DNA of 17,617 nt from Caldisphaera sp. Its GTDB lineage: Archaea > Thermoproteota > Thermoprotei_A > Sulfolobales > Acidilobaceae. Under the pieces are notes generated by a model that was given only the letters and a program-made list of their open reading frames with translations, searched no databases and had not been told where the DNA came from. Positions 8,089-16,601 of the stretch are shown piece after piece. The stretch covers positions 1-17,617 of the forward strand of contig JBMFKU010000024.1 of the NCBI GenBank assembly GCA_049971805.1, written 5' to 3'. Positions within the stretch are counted from its first letter, which is position 1. Each line of letters starts with the position of its first letter. The translations under genes and the position numbers were made by a program.

Positions 8089-9138
8089 TTATTTGGTTTT
8101 GATTATATTAATTGAATTTCTTTTATAGGCCTTTATAAATAAAACAATGCCTATTAGAAATGACACAAATGATGAGGCAATAAAGTTGTATTTAGGTTCT
8201 ATTAAAATCCATGAAACTATGTAACCTATAATCCAACCAAACTGTTGAAATGTATTAACAATTGCTATCGATTCTGGCGAGTTGGATGCCATCCAGTAAT
8301 CTAGGCTTAATGGTATAATGGCTTCTCTCATACCAAAAGATAATGCGTAAGGCCAATTAACATAAGTTAATGAAACTAATGAAAATACAAATAAAGAAAT
8401 CGGTAATCCAAATGAGCCAATAAGCGGTAAGATAAATCCTGCTGTCATGCCAAGGCCTTCAAGCATAGCATCTACAACCCCTAGCTTAAAATAACTCATT
8501 CCATATAACTTTACTAATACCGGCATTATAAATGGGGTTACAAGTGCAATGGGAATTATAGATATTGCTGGGGTGGGATCTTTACCAAATGAAATTACAA
8601 ATTTTTCTCTTTTTACAGAATCTGTTTTTTCGTAGATCATGATTATCCCTGATAAAGATGTTAACAAAGCAGCAATCAAAAAAGGGTATTTAACTCCAAA
8701 ACCCTCTGCAGTAATACCGCCAATTAAAGGAAATATAACAGCTGGTAGAACTGATACAGCCCAAACCCTAGTTAAAACTCCGCTTCCAAAATATCTCATT
8801 AATGAATAATAATTTGGTAGGGCAGCATAAAAGAAATATGAAAGTGCTGAGGTAATAAGTACTGATACAAAATTTTTAGAAAACGGTATTAAAAATAAAC
8901 CTATTCCAGAAATAACCATAGCTATGGCTATAGCATATTTTATGTTTATTAACCTTGAGATTAAAGCCCCTATTACAGGAAATGATAATGTAGCTAATTC
9001 CAATAAAATAAAAAACATGCTGAGCTGTTTAACCCCTATTAAGTTACTTAAAAACACTGTGTAGAAAGGATAGTAAACATAAAACCCAGCACCCCATATA
9101 AACCAGCTAGCAGTTATCAACATAACATCTCTGTTCAT
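8089..9138 (-). CDS. MFS-type membrane transporter (compact, 349 aa)
   Basis: Almost wholly hydrophobic, with about 11-12 TM segments and a central hydrophilic linker (YEKTDSVKREK). MFS-like PLIGGITAEGFG motif. GAGGT SD upstream. Confidence 0.8.
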   Translation of the reverse strand: MNRDVMLITASWFIWGAGFYVYYPFYTVFLSNLIGVKQLSMFFILLELATLSFPVIGALISRLINIKYAIAIAMVISGIGLFLIPFSKNFVSVLITSALSYFFYAALPNYYSLMRYFGSGVLTRVWAVSVLPAVIFPLIGGITAEGFGVKYPFLIAALLTSLSGIIMIYEKTDSVKREKFVISFGKDPTPAISIIPIALVTPFIMPVLVKLYGMSYFKLGVVDAMLEGLGMTAGFILPLIGSFGLPISLFVFSLVSLTYVNWPYALSFGMREAIIPLSLDYWMASNSPESIAIVNTFQQFGWIIGYIVSWILIEPKYNFIASSFVSFLIGIVLFIKAYKRNSINIIKTK

Positions 9139-9273
9139 TTTTTAACCTCATTTCGACGGCTAATAAAATGTAAAATATAAAGATATAAAAAAGTTACATG
9201 AGAGAAAGTTTTATCTTTATTAAAAGAAGAAAAATTTATAAAGAAAAGATCAATTTAAAAAATTTTTCGTAGA

Positions 9274-10710
9274 TTAATTTGTTGTAGTTAATGTATTTCT
9301 CCGCTGAGATATGTAGTTTTTAGTGAATAAAGATGTTATTAAAGTTAAAAACGAAAATATTACTCCTATAAAAAATGTATAATTAAATGCTTCAGGTCCG
9401 GGCTCAGTAAAAAATGAAAAGCCTATATTTGGCATATAATATGCTACATAAGAAACGAATGTTGTCATTAAGTTAGCAGTCATAACTGGTCCAATAGAGG
9501 ATCCTAAAAATCTAATCATAGTATTAAATCCAAGACCTACTGTAACACTATCCTCGGGCATTGAAATAGCAATCATGTTAACTATAGGGGTCATTATTGA
9601 TATAATTCCTATGCCAGTTACAAATGAATCCATAATTAAAGGTATTGTTCCACCTCTATTGTATATGAATAAAGAAAAACCTATCAATGAAACAATCGAA
9701 CCATATATAAGTACTGGTTTTGGTCCTAATGAGCTAACCACTATACCAACTATTGGTGCTATTATTATCATAGCTAAAGTTGCGGGTAATAATGAAAGTG
9801 CTGCATTTATTACAGATAATCCCAAACCATATGGAGAAGGTTCTTCAGCAAAATAAATTACGCTTAAATATAAGGTAAACATTGTAACTCCTGAAAATAA
9901 ACCAGCTAGATTTGCTACCATAACATTTTTTATTTTTAATAGATTCGGTCTTATTAATGGATTTTGCGATTTATTTATATAAAATAGAAAACCTATAAAT
10001 AGTATTAATCCTGATGCAATTACAGGTAGTTGATATAAAGATACCCATCCTTTATAGGGTGCCTCAGTTAAGTATATCAAGATTAGGGCCGTACCTATCG
10101 ATAATAAAGTAGAGCTTAGATAATCTATTTTTTCTCTCTTAACTGGTGGGTGGGGACCAATATTTATATAAGAAACTATAATAGCAACTATAGCTATTCC
10201 AAAGGCTATGTGAAACATAGCTCTCCAACCCAGGTATTCATCTATATATGCACCTGCTATCATTCCAATAGTCATTCCAATAGCAACCATAGCGCTTAAA
10301 ATTCCTTGGGCAAGAGCAACCCTTTCTTTTGGAAATATGTCAGTTATGATAGCTATGCTTAAAGGAAAAATAGAAAATCCAAATCCTTGGATAGCTCTAG
10401 CACCTATTAAAGAGTAGACATTTGGAGAAAAACCGGCAAATAATACTGCTAATGAATATAAAGCTAATGATATTAAGTAAAGTCTCTTTTTACCAAAAGT
10501 GTCCCCCATCTTTCCAAACAATGGAGCTATTGCCGCACCAACAACTAAATAGGCCGAAACGATCCATGCAGCCTCTTCATTAGTTGCTGATAAAGCCTGT
10601 TCTATATGTGGAAGAGAAGGTATAACCATTGCTTCAACATAGCTTGTTAACGCGGTGGTAAAGGTTAAGACCCCTAAAACTAAATAAGGTCTTTCAGGAT
10701 CCTTTTGCAT
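9274..10710 (-). CDS. MFS drug:H+ antiporter, DHA2/EmrB-QacA-like (14 TM)
   Basis: Motifs IPSLPHI, WIVSAYL, motif A FGKMGDTFGKKR, motif B GARAIQGFG and LGWRAMF. 478 aa, with GGTGGA SD upstream. Confidence 0.9.
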   Translation of the reverse strand: MQKDPERPYLVLGVLTFTTALTSYVEAMVIPSLPHIEQALSATNEEAAWIVSAYLVVGAAIAPLFGKMGDTFGKKRLYLISLALYSLAVLFAGFSPNVYSLIGARAIQGFGFSIFPLSIAIITDIFPKERVALAQGILSAMVAIGMTIGMIAGAYIDEYLGWRAMFHIAFGIAIVAIIVSYINIGPHPPVKREKIDYLSSTLLSIGTALILIYLTEAPYKGWVSLYQLPVIASGLILFIGFLFYINKSQNPLIRPNLLKIKNVMVANLAGLFSGVTMFTLYLSVIYFAEEPSPYGLGLSVINAALSLLPATLAMIIIAPIVGIVVSSLGPKPVLIYGSIVSLIGFSLFIYNRGGTIPLIMDSFVTGIGIISIMTPIVNMIAISMPEDSVTVGLGFNTMIRFLGSSIGPVMTANLMTTFVSYVAYYMPNIGFSFFTEPGPEAFNYTFFIGVIFSFLTLITSLFTKNYISQRRNTLTTTN

Positions 10711-10725
10711 TAAAATCCACCGGAT

Positions 10726-12102
10726 CTAATGTCTCCTTCTTCTCAGACCTACAGCTGCCATAACTATTAGTATTATAACTACAACTGCAGCAACAATATA
10801 TAATGTAGTATTAGGACTAGGTTTACCTATGGAAGTTAAGGAGAATGAGGAAGATATAATTATAGGTATTTCAATTATTTGATGCATTGGTGTCATTGTG
10901 GGAGGTTGATACCAAGTTATCGCAATAGGTATATTATAAGTTCCAGGAGATATACCAGACGAAGAACTTATCACAAATGTTACATTAAATGTTCCAGCAC
11001 TCGGTACATCGCCAACAGTATAATTAATAGTTTCAGCTCCAATCAATGGATTAATACTTGATGAGATATATGGAGTTATAATAGGATTAGGCAATAGAGT
11101 AACCGTTACAAACTTTGATATAACGTTTCCCATGTTAATTAATGATATAGTTATATATGTGTTTGATTCTCCTTGAGTAAGCGTGTTATGATAAATGTTT
11201 GATGCAATAAAATATGATGAAGGCTTAACTTCTATAGGTATATCAAAATATTCATTTATATTGTTTCCTTTAATAGCTAATATTACTGTAGTATTGAATG
11301 GAGCTGGTATCTGAAAAGTTTTGTATGGCCTTAAAAGCTCTACAGGATTAGTTACATTTTGTATTTCAAGAGGAAATGAAATATTAATAGGAGTCCCAGG
11401 AGGTAGGTATCCTATATTTATTTTATTAGAGCCAGAATATAAGGGAGATAATTGAGATGGAGTAACAATATATGCGCTAACGTTGCTTGCAATAACATTA
11501 CCTTCATTAATTAGGTAAACGGTCAAAATGGCAGCTGTATCTCCTGCATAAATAACAGAAGGAGTTGTTTTAAATCCAACAAGCTTTATGTTAGTATATC
11601 CTAGGATTGGTACTGAATAATCTGTCGTTTCATAATCTGTTATAGGTATTGTTTTGTTTATTTGCGGAATCGTTTCAAATATTGTATATTTAATATTGAG
11701 GCTCTGATTGTATATTTTGTTGTCTGATGTAGAACTTATGTTAAACAAACCAAATAACTTTAATGAGGTTCCTGGATTTAATACTGGTATGTAAATGCTT
11801 GGTACACCTTCTCCTTTTGATAAAATTAATGGATATGAAATTGTTGAGTTAATTGTTACATTATATAATGTATAAGGCCCCAAGTAAGTTATAGTAATAG
11901 TTAAAGGTAAGAAGGAGGCACCTGGATAAGCAAGCATTTGCGATTCATTTGTTCCCCAATAAGAATATACGACAAACGAAGGCTTTAAACTAGGGATTGT
12001 TTCAGCTCTACCTATATATGGAAAAGATATAAATATAATTGACATTGCTAATATCACAACTAATAATGTCGTTATACTAAGCATTTTCTTCAATTTATTC
12101 AC
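10726..12102 (-). CDS. Secreted, C-terminally membrane-anchored COG1361/S-layer-domain-like glycoprotein
   Basis: Basic-plus-hydrophobic signal peptide and a Ser/Thr/Pro/Ile-rich beta-type body. Repeated LINEGNVIASNV / LINMGNVISKFV motifs and about 13 N-x-S/T sequons. Ends in a C-terminal TM helix followed by RRRRH. GTG start. Confidence 0.75.
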   Translation of the reverse strand: MNKLKKMLSITTLLVVILAMSIIFISFPYIGRAETIPSLKPSFVVYSYWGTNESQMLAYPGASFLPLTITITYLGPYTLYNVTINSTISYPLILSKGEGVPSIYIPVLNPGTSLKLFGLFNISSTSDNKIYNQSLNIKYTIFETIPQINKTIPITDYETTDYSVPILGYTNIKLVGFKTTPSVIYAGDTAAILTVYLINEGNVIASNVSAYIVTPSQLSPLYSGSNKINIGYLPPGTPINISFPLEIQNVTNPVELLRPYKTFQIPAPFNTTVILAIKGNNINEYFDIPIEVKPSSYFIASNIYHNTLTQGESNTYITISLINMGNVISKFVTVTLLPNPIITPYISSSINPLIGAETINYTVGDVPSAGTFNVTFVISSSSGISPGTYNIPIAITWYQPPTMTPMHQIIEIPIIISSSFSLTSIGKPSPNTTLYIVAAVVVIILIVMAAVGLRRRRH

Positions 12103-12125
12103 CCTGAGTATATATATGTAATAGG

Positions 12126-12140
12126 TATATAAAACGTTTC
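12126..12140 (-). promoter_or_regulatory. BRE-TATA promoter of the S-layer-domain/MFS unit (probably leaderless or very short leader)
   Basis: The minus strand reads GAAACG-TTTTATATA, ending 23 nt before GTG 12102. Confidence 0.6.
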
Positions 12141-12272
12141 TTATAACTACAAAATGTAAAAATTGATTTTAAAGTTTAATAATATCAGAAATGAAGCACA
12201 TATAGTTCCAATAATAAGAACTAAAAGCTTTTAGTCTTAAGTAAGATGGTTAATCAATACTTTTAACATTAA

Positions 12273-12926
12273 TTAAATATTTAATGAATCAATTGTAGTT
12301 TCAATTGCAATTTTTATAGCCTCTATCATTAATCTCTTATCCATGCTTGGAGGTAAAGCCTCTCCTTTTTTCATAGCTACTTGTTCTGGCAAGTAAGGTA
12401 CATGCATAAATCCAGCTTTTATTGGGTATTTTTCTTTGGCAGAAAAATGCATTAACTCGTAAAAAACTAAATTACACATGTATGTACCTGCAGAATTGGA
12501 AATCGAAGCCGGTATACCATTATTTCTTAGATTAGTTAAGATAACCTTTAAAGGTAATGTAGTAAAATATGCTGCAGGGCCTGATGGCTCTATTGGTTCA
12601 TCGGTTGCAGTAACACCATCATTGTCGGTTGCTATTGAATCTTTTAGATTAACAGCTACTCTTTCAACAGTAATATATGGAATTCCACCCCATTGACCCA
12701 AAGATATTGCTATTAATGGTTTAGTTTCTTTTAATACTTTTATAAGAGCTTCACTACTTCTTTTAAATGATACTGGAATAACTGCATATTTGGCTTTTAT
12801 TTTAAAATCTTTAAATAAGGTATTATCAATTTGTTTTGTTACGTCTCTTGAAACTATTTCTGACGGATTAACAGATTCCCCTCCAAAAGGTTCAAAGCCT
12901 GTTAAGAGCACAGAAATTTCTTTCAT
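12273..12926 (-). CDS. pcp: Pyroglutamyl-peptidase I (pyrrolidone-carboxylate peptidase)
   Basis: LLTGFEPFGGESVNPS, catalytic Glu in ERVAVN, Cys in SAGTYMCN and His in GFMHVPY. ATG 12926 is preferred over TTG 12938 because GGGGA precedes it. Confidence 0.95.
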   Translation of the reverse strand: MKEISVLLTGFEPFGGESVNPSEIVSRDVTKQIDNTLFKDFKIKAKYAVIPVSFKRSSEALIKVLKETKPLIAISLGQWGGIPYITVERVAVNLKDSIATDNDGVTATDEPIEPSGPAAYFTTLPLKVILTNLRNNGIPASISNSAGTYMCNLVFYELMHFSAKEKYPIKAGFMHVPYLPEQVAMKKGEALPPSMDKRLMIEAIKIAIETTIDSLNI

Positions 12927-13019
12927 AGCAATCCCCAATATAATTTGATATATTGATCACACTTAAGAATATTAATGAATTAATTATTGGCCGCTTTTAT
13001 AGTAATATAAATTAAGCTT

Positions 13020-13925
13020 TTATTTACATTTTAGATTTAAACTGCTTATTATACCTGGGCCCATGTATAATATTGCTGTATAGATTTCTGCAGCATCAGC
13101 GTATTTTAGTATATCTTTTAATTGTTTACAACTCATAATTCCGCCAACCCCTATTATGGGTATTTCATTTCCGCCAATCTCTCTTGCCTTTTTAATCATA
13201 TTCTTTGATAATTTATATAACAATATACCACTCAATCCTCCTTTCCTAGCGCTTATTCTTTGATCTTCTATAGATAAGGTATTCGTTAAAACTAATCCAA
13301 ATCCTTCTTTACTGGCAACCTTTACATATTCGTCGATGCTAAAGCCTGGGCCTATCTTGATGAATATTTGTTTTTTTGATGAAACCAATGTTGGTATTAT
13401 ATCTTTCCATTTACCTTTATAAGTAGGGCTCGATAAATTAATTTCTATACCTTGTATGTTATTAGTTGAATACCTGTTTAAGTAAATTATTTGTTCTTCA
13501 ATTTCAAAAAGGTTAAATCCTGCTACGCTAATAAAAATCGGGTAATTTACTCTTGAAACTCTAGATAAAATTAATGGTAGGCCATCATTGTTTAATCCCA
13601 TAGCATTAACCATAGAATAAGGCTTGATTCTAGCTACTCTTGGTGGTTTATTCCCTATCCTTTTTTTGGGCGTAGTCGAACCTACAACAATAAAGCCTGG
13701 ACTGAAATGAGATAGGAATTTTGTATATTTTCCATTTTTGTCTAATCCTGCAGCTATTCCAACTCTACCACAGATATTTGCAGATCCAATTTTGTATGGG
13801 TCCTTGCAATTGCTTTCTTTTAATGGTATTGAAAAAATTATATGGCCTAATCTCATTGTTATTTCTGGATGAATATTTTTTACAGTTTTCATGATTATTT
13901 TCATCATTGGTTCAGATAAATTCAT
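13020..13925 (-). CDS. pyrD: Dihydroorotate dehydrogenase, class 2 (quinone)-like
   Basis: Motifs GIAAGLDKNG, GSTT..R.GN..PR..R, NAMGLNNDG, EINLSSP (Ser base), KIGP, TNT, GGLSG and IIGVGGI. Confidence 0.9.
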   Translation of the reverse strand: MNLSEPMMKIIMKTVKNIHPEITMRLGHIIFSIPLKESNCKDPYKIGSANICGRVGIAAGLDKNGKYTKFLSHFSPGFIVVGSTTPKKRIGNKPPRVARIKPYSMVNAMGLNNDGLPLILSRVSRVNYPIFISVAGFNLFEIEEQIIYLNRYSTNNIQGIEINLSSPTYKGKWKDIIPTLVSSKKQIFIKIGPGFSIDEYVKVASKEGFGLVLTNTLSIEDQRISARKGGLSGILLYKLSKNMIKKAREIGGNEIPIIGVGGIMSCKQLKDILKYADAAEIYTAILYMGPGIISSLNLKCK

Positions 13926-14008
13926 TTTTTCACTCAGTTGTTAACTGCTTTTTTAGCTATTAAAATTCAATTTGGTTGCTGCAATTTATAGCTTAAGGCA
14001 TGGGTAAA

Positions 14009-14038
14009 GGAAAGTTTATATACATAGCTATATACATA
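14009..14038 (+). promoter_or_regulatory. BRE-TATA promoter of the zinc-ribbon/TPR unit, with an overlapping direct repeat
   Basis: GGAAAG-TTTATATA at 14009-14022. TATATACATA is repeated at 14017-14026 and 14029-14038. ATG is at 14060. Confidence 0.55.
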
Positions 14039-14059
14039 TATTAACGAGATAGATTCGCA

Positions 14060-14740
14060 ATGCTAATTTGCCCTGTTTGCGGGGCTTCAAATCCTGAAGG
14101 TTCTGCTTACTGCATGGTTTGCGGGAGCAAGCTTCAGACCTTTGGAATTCCCGCTAGTATATTAAAAAAATACGATATATATGTAAATAATGGTAAAGTC
14201 GAATTTCGTAATGAAAATAATGTTTCTGAAATTACAATAAAAAGATCTGGGCTTCTAGTCGAAGAAGTTATTGTATCGGACGGAGAATCAATAATAGGGA
14301 AGTTCAAGGGTGATAGCGTTTATGATAGTTCTGGCAATATTCTTCTTGCTGTAATTAAAAGGCCAAATTTAAAGCCAACCCAGGATAAATTAAAAAACTA
14401 TGTTAAATCAACAATAAGCGCACCTACTGGAGTAACTGTAGTTAGGAAATATTGGATAGAGGACGCTTCTGGAAACGTTATAGCAAAAACAGTTTCTGAA
14501 GAGCCGAAACAAGGTTTTCTATCATCAATAAATTATTTAATTTACAACATTGTTGACGAGAAAGAAACTATTGCTAGAGTAGAGCCAAGAATAAGTGCAA
14601 TAAATGTAAAATTTTTGCATTTAAGATATCATCTTTATATTTACTCGCAAAAGCTAGAGCCCATCATGCTAGCATCTCTTATTTATGCTATAAAAAGAGG
14701 AGACGATGAATATGAAGCTCTTTTCACTTCACCTATATAA
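14060..14740 (+). CDS. Zinc-ribbon domain protein with probable LURP-one/scramblase (Tubby-C)-like domain
   Basis: N-terminal CPVCGASN...YCMVCGSKL. The rest has repeated beta-hairpin motifs (VYDSSGNILLA, WIEDASGNVIAK, IVDEKETIARV) and a terminal hydrophobic helix LEPIMLASLIYAI. The fold assignment is an inference. Confidence 0.7.
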   Translation: MLICPVCGASNPEGSAYCMVCGSKLQTFGIPASILKKYDIYVNNGKVEFRNENNVSEITIKRSGLLVEEVIVSDGESIIGKFKGDSVYDSSGNILLAVIKRPNLKPTQDKLKNYVKSTISAPTGVTVVRKYWIEDASGNVIAKTVSEEPKQGFLSSINYLIYNIVDEKETIARVEPRISAINVKFLHLRYHLYIYSQKLEPIMLASLIYAIKRGDDEYEALFTSPI

Positions 14741-14772
14741 TTTGGCATGTGGATTTATTGAGGTGAATTGTT

Positions 14773-15612
14773 ATGGCTGAAGAATTTTTTAAGAGAGGAA
14801 ATGAGTATACGCAAAAAGCAAGTTTCTATTATGAGATGGGGAAAAAACAAGATGCTGAAGATGAAATTAAAAAAGCTTTAGAAGAATATAACAAAGCACA
14901 TGAAATTGATCCATCAAACCCAGAATATTATAGAAAGGTTGGAGAACTTTTTTTAAAAACTGGAAAATATCAGGATGCAATTGAGCAGTTTAATAAGGCC
15001 ATAGAAATGAGGCCAGGAGCAACGGTTTACTATATTGAAAAAGGAACTGCTTTAAACAGTCTAAATAAATATGAAGAGGCTTTAAAAGAACTCGATAAAG
15101 CAATTTCATTAAATCCAAAAAATAGTCAAGCTTATCTTCAGAAAAGTATATCCCTGAAAAACCTTGGGAATTTTAATGACGCACTTTCCGCAATAAACTT
15201 GGCAATACAATATTTGCCTAAATATACAGGTATGGAAGGTTTTCTAGCTTATGATTATGAAATAAAGGCAAGCATACTTATGGCCTTAGGAAATTTTAAT
15301 GACGCACTTTCCATACTTGATGAAGCTGATAGAATAAGCCCAGTTAACAAAAAGAGTTACAATACAAGGAGAATTATGAGAGCGAATCTTCTAAATTTAA
15401 CTGGAAAGTATCAAGAAGCTCTTGATGAATTTACATCACTTTTAAAAATAGACTCTAATAATGCATTTTTCCATTATGGTAAAGCTATTGCGCTTGAAAA
15501 TTTAGGTAAATATGAGCTTGCAAAAATAGAAATCGAAAATGCTGTTCAACTTAATCCAACAAATGAGCTCTTCAAGGCTGCAAAGGAAAGAATAAACTCA
15601 AAATCTCTTTAA
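14773..15612 (+). CDS. Tetratricopeptide-repeat protein
   Basis: About 7 TPR units (e.g. YYRKVGELFLKTGKYQDAIEQFNKAIEMRP, YIEKGTALNSLNKYEEALKELDKAISLNP). GAGGTGA SD upstream. No catalytic domain seen. Confidence 0.9.
   Translation: MAEEFFKRGNEYTQKASFYYEMGKKQDAEDEIKKALEEYNKAHEIDPSNPEYYRKVGELFLKTGKYQDAIEQFNKAIEMRPGATVYYIEKGTALNSLNKYEEALKELDKAISLNPKNSQAYLQKSISLKNLGNFNDALSAINLAIQYLPKYTGMEGFLAYDYEIKASILMALGNFNDALSILDEADRISPVNKKSYNTRRIMRANLLNLTGKYQEALDEFTSLLKIDSNNAFFHYGKAIALENLGKYELAKIEIENAVQLNPTNELFKAAKERINSKSL
15169..15312 (+). repeat. 21-bp identical direct repeat between adjacent TPR units
   Basis: AATTTTAATGACGCACTTTCC at 15169-15189 and 15292-15312 (LGNFNDALS twice, 123 bp apart). Confidence 0.85.
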
Positions 15613-15665
15613 ATATTTTAAACATATTTTATTAAATTAAGGTTAAAACAATTTAAAAATCTATA

Positions 15666-16553
15666 TTACTTCTTTATTAATTTCCATTTTATTTCATTAT
15701 CATTAATAGCTTCAACCAAACCTTCTTCTCTTAAGCAAGCTAAATAACCTCTTATTGTATTTTCTGCTAACAAATAGACACCGATATCAGGTTCTTCACT
15801 TTTGTATTTTGATGTGAGAGTTTTTGTAATTGAAGACAAGTTTTGGGGTTCATTTAATATGTTTTTTAGTTCTTCCTCGACCTCAGTTATTTTTTTGATG
15901 TTACTTTCAACTAATTGAGATGCTTCAGAGCTTTTTACTACTGGTCCATGAGATGGAATAACCGTTTCAAGCTTTGGTAGCAAATTGAGAATAGTCTTGA
16001 GGCTTTCAATAGATTTGCAAGGATATTGGTGATAGGGAATTCCATATTTTGATAAAACCTTATCTCCAAATAATGAGTCTCCTGCATATAAGATACCATC
16101 CGGTGTTATAACACCCAATTGTCCTTGTGTATGGCCTGGTAAGGGAACTAAACCTAAAGGCCCAAATTTTTCTTGATTAGTTATCAATATCGTTGGCTTA
16201 ATAGATTTTGCTTTAAATGGAAGTATATTATCGTCTTGGTTTAAAAAGTATCCAAATGTAAGCAAAGCCCTAAGCTTGGGATCCTTTAGAGCTGGTGCAT
16301 CCATTTCTGAAATGGCTATTTCATTAGTTGAAAAACCCTCGCCTAAAACTGATATATGATCACTATGATAATGTGTTATAAATGCTATGGACTTTTTTGG
16401 ATTTAGTCTATTAACTATAGATTTAAGCTCTTTTGGTCTTTTTGATCCTTGGCCAGGATCTACTATATATAATTCATCATCATTTTTGTAGAATAATGTT
16501 GAAGGACTACCTTTGTATATATAGGTATTTCCTTTAATATTTTCTAATCCCAC
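15666..16553 (-). CDS. MBL-fold metallo-hydrolase with probable C-terminal winged-helix
   Basis: Motifs IVDPG, THYHSDH (HxHxDH), LPGHT, YAGD and IPSHG. The C-terminal TIRGYLACLREEGLVE..KWKL pattern is wHTH-like. GTG start. Confidence 0.9.
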   Translation of the reverse strand: MGLENIKGNTYIYKGSPSTLFYKNDDELYIVDPGQGSKRPKELKSIVNRLNPKKSIAFITHYHSDHISVLGEGFSTNEIAISEMDAPALKDPKLRALLTFGYFLNQDDNILPFKAKSIKPTILITNQEKFGPLGLVPLPGHTQGQLGVITPDGILYAGDSLFGDKVLSKYGIPYHQYPCKSIESLKTILNLLPKLETVIPSHGPVVKSSEASQLVESNIKKITEVEEELKNILNEPQNLSSITKTLTSKYKSEEPDIGVYLLAENTIRGYLACLREEGLVEAINDNEIKWKLIKK

Positions 16554-16601
16554 TTAATACACCCATTAATTTATAAATAGCTATGATTATTAAATGTTTG
16601 T

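Noticed and set aside
9575-12696. Plus-strand ORFs 9575-9856, 10879-11061 and 12478-12696
   Set aside because: Antisense to the MFS, S-layer-domain and pcp genes. Their composition reflects the opposite-strand codons.
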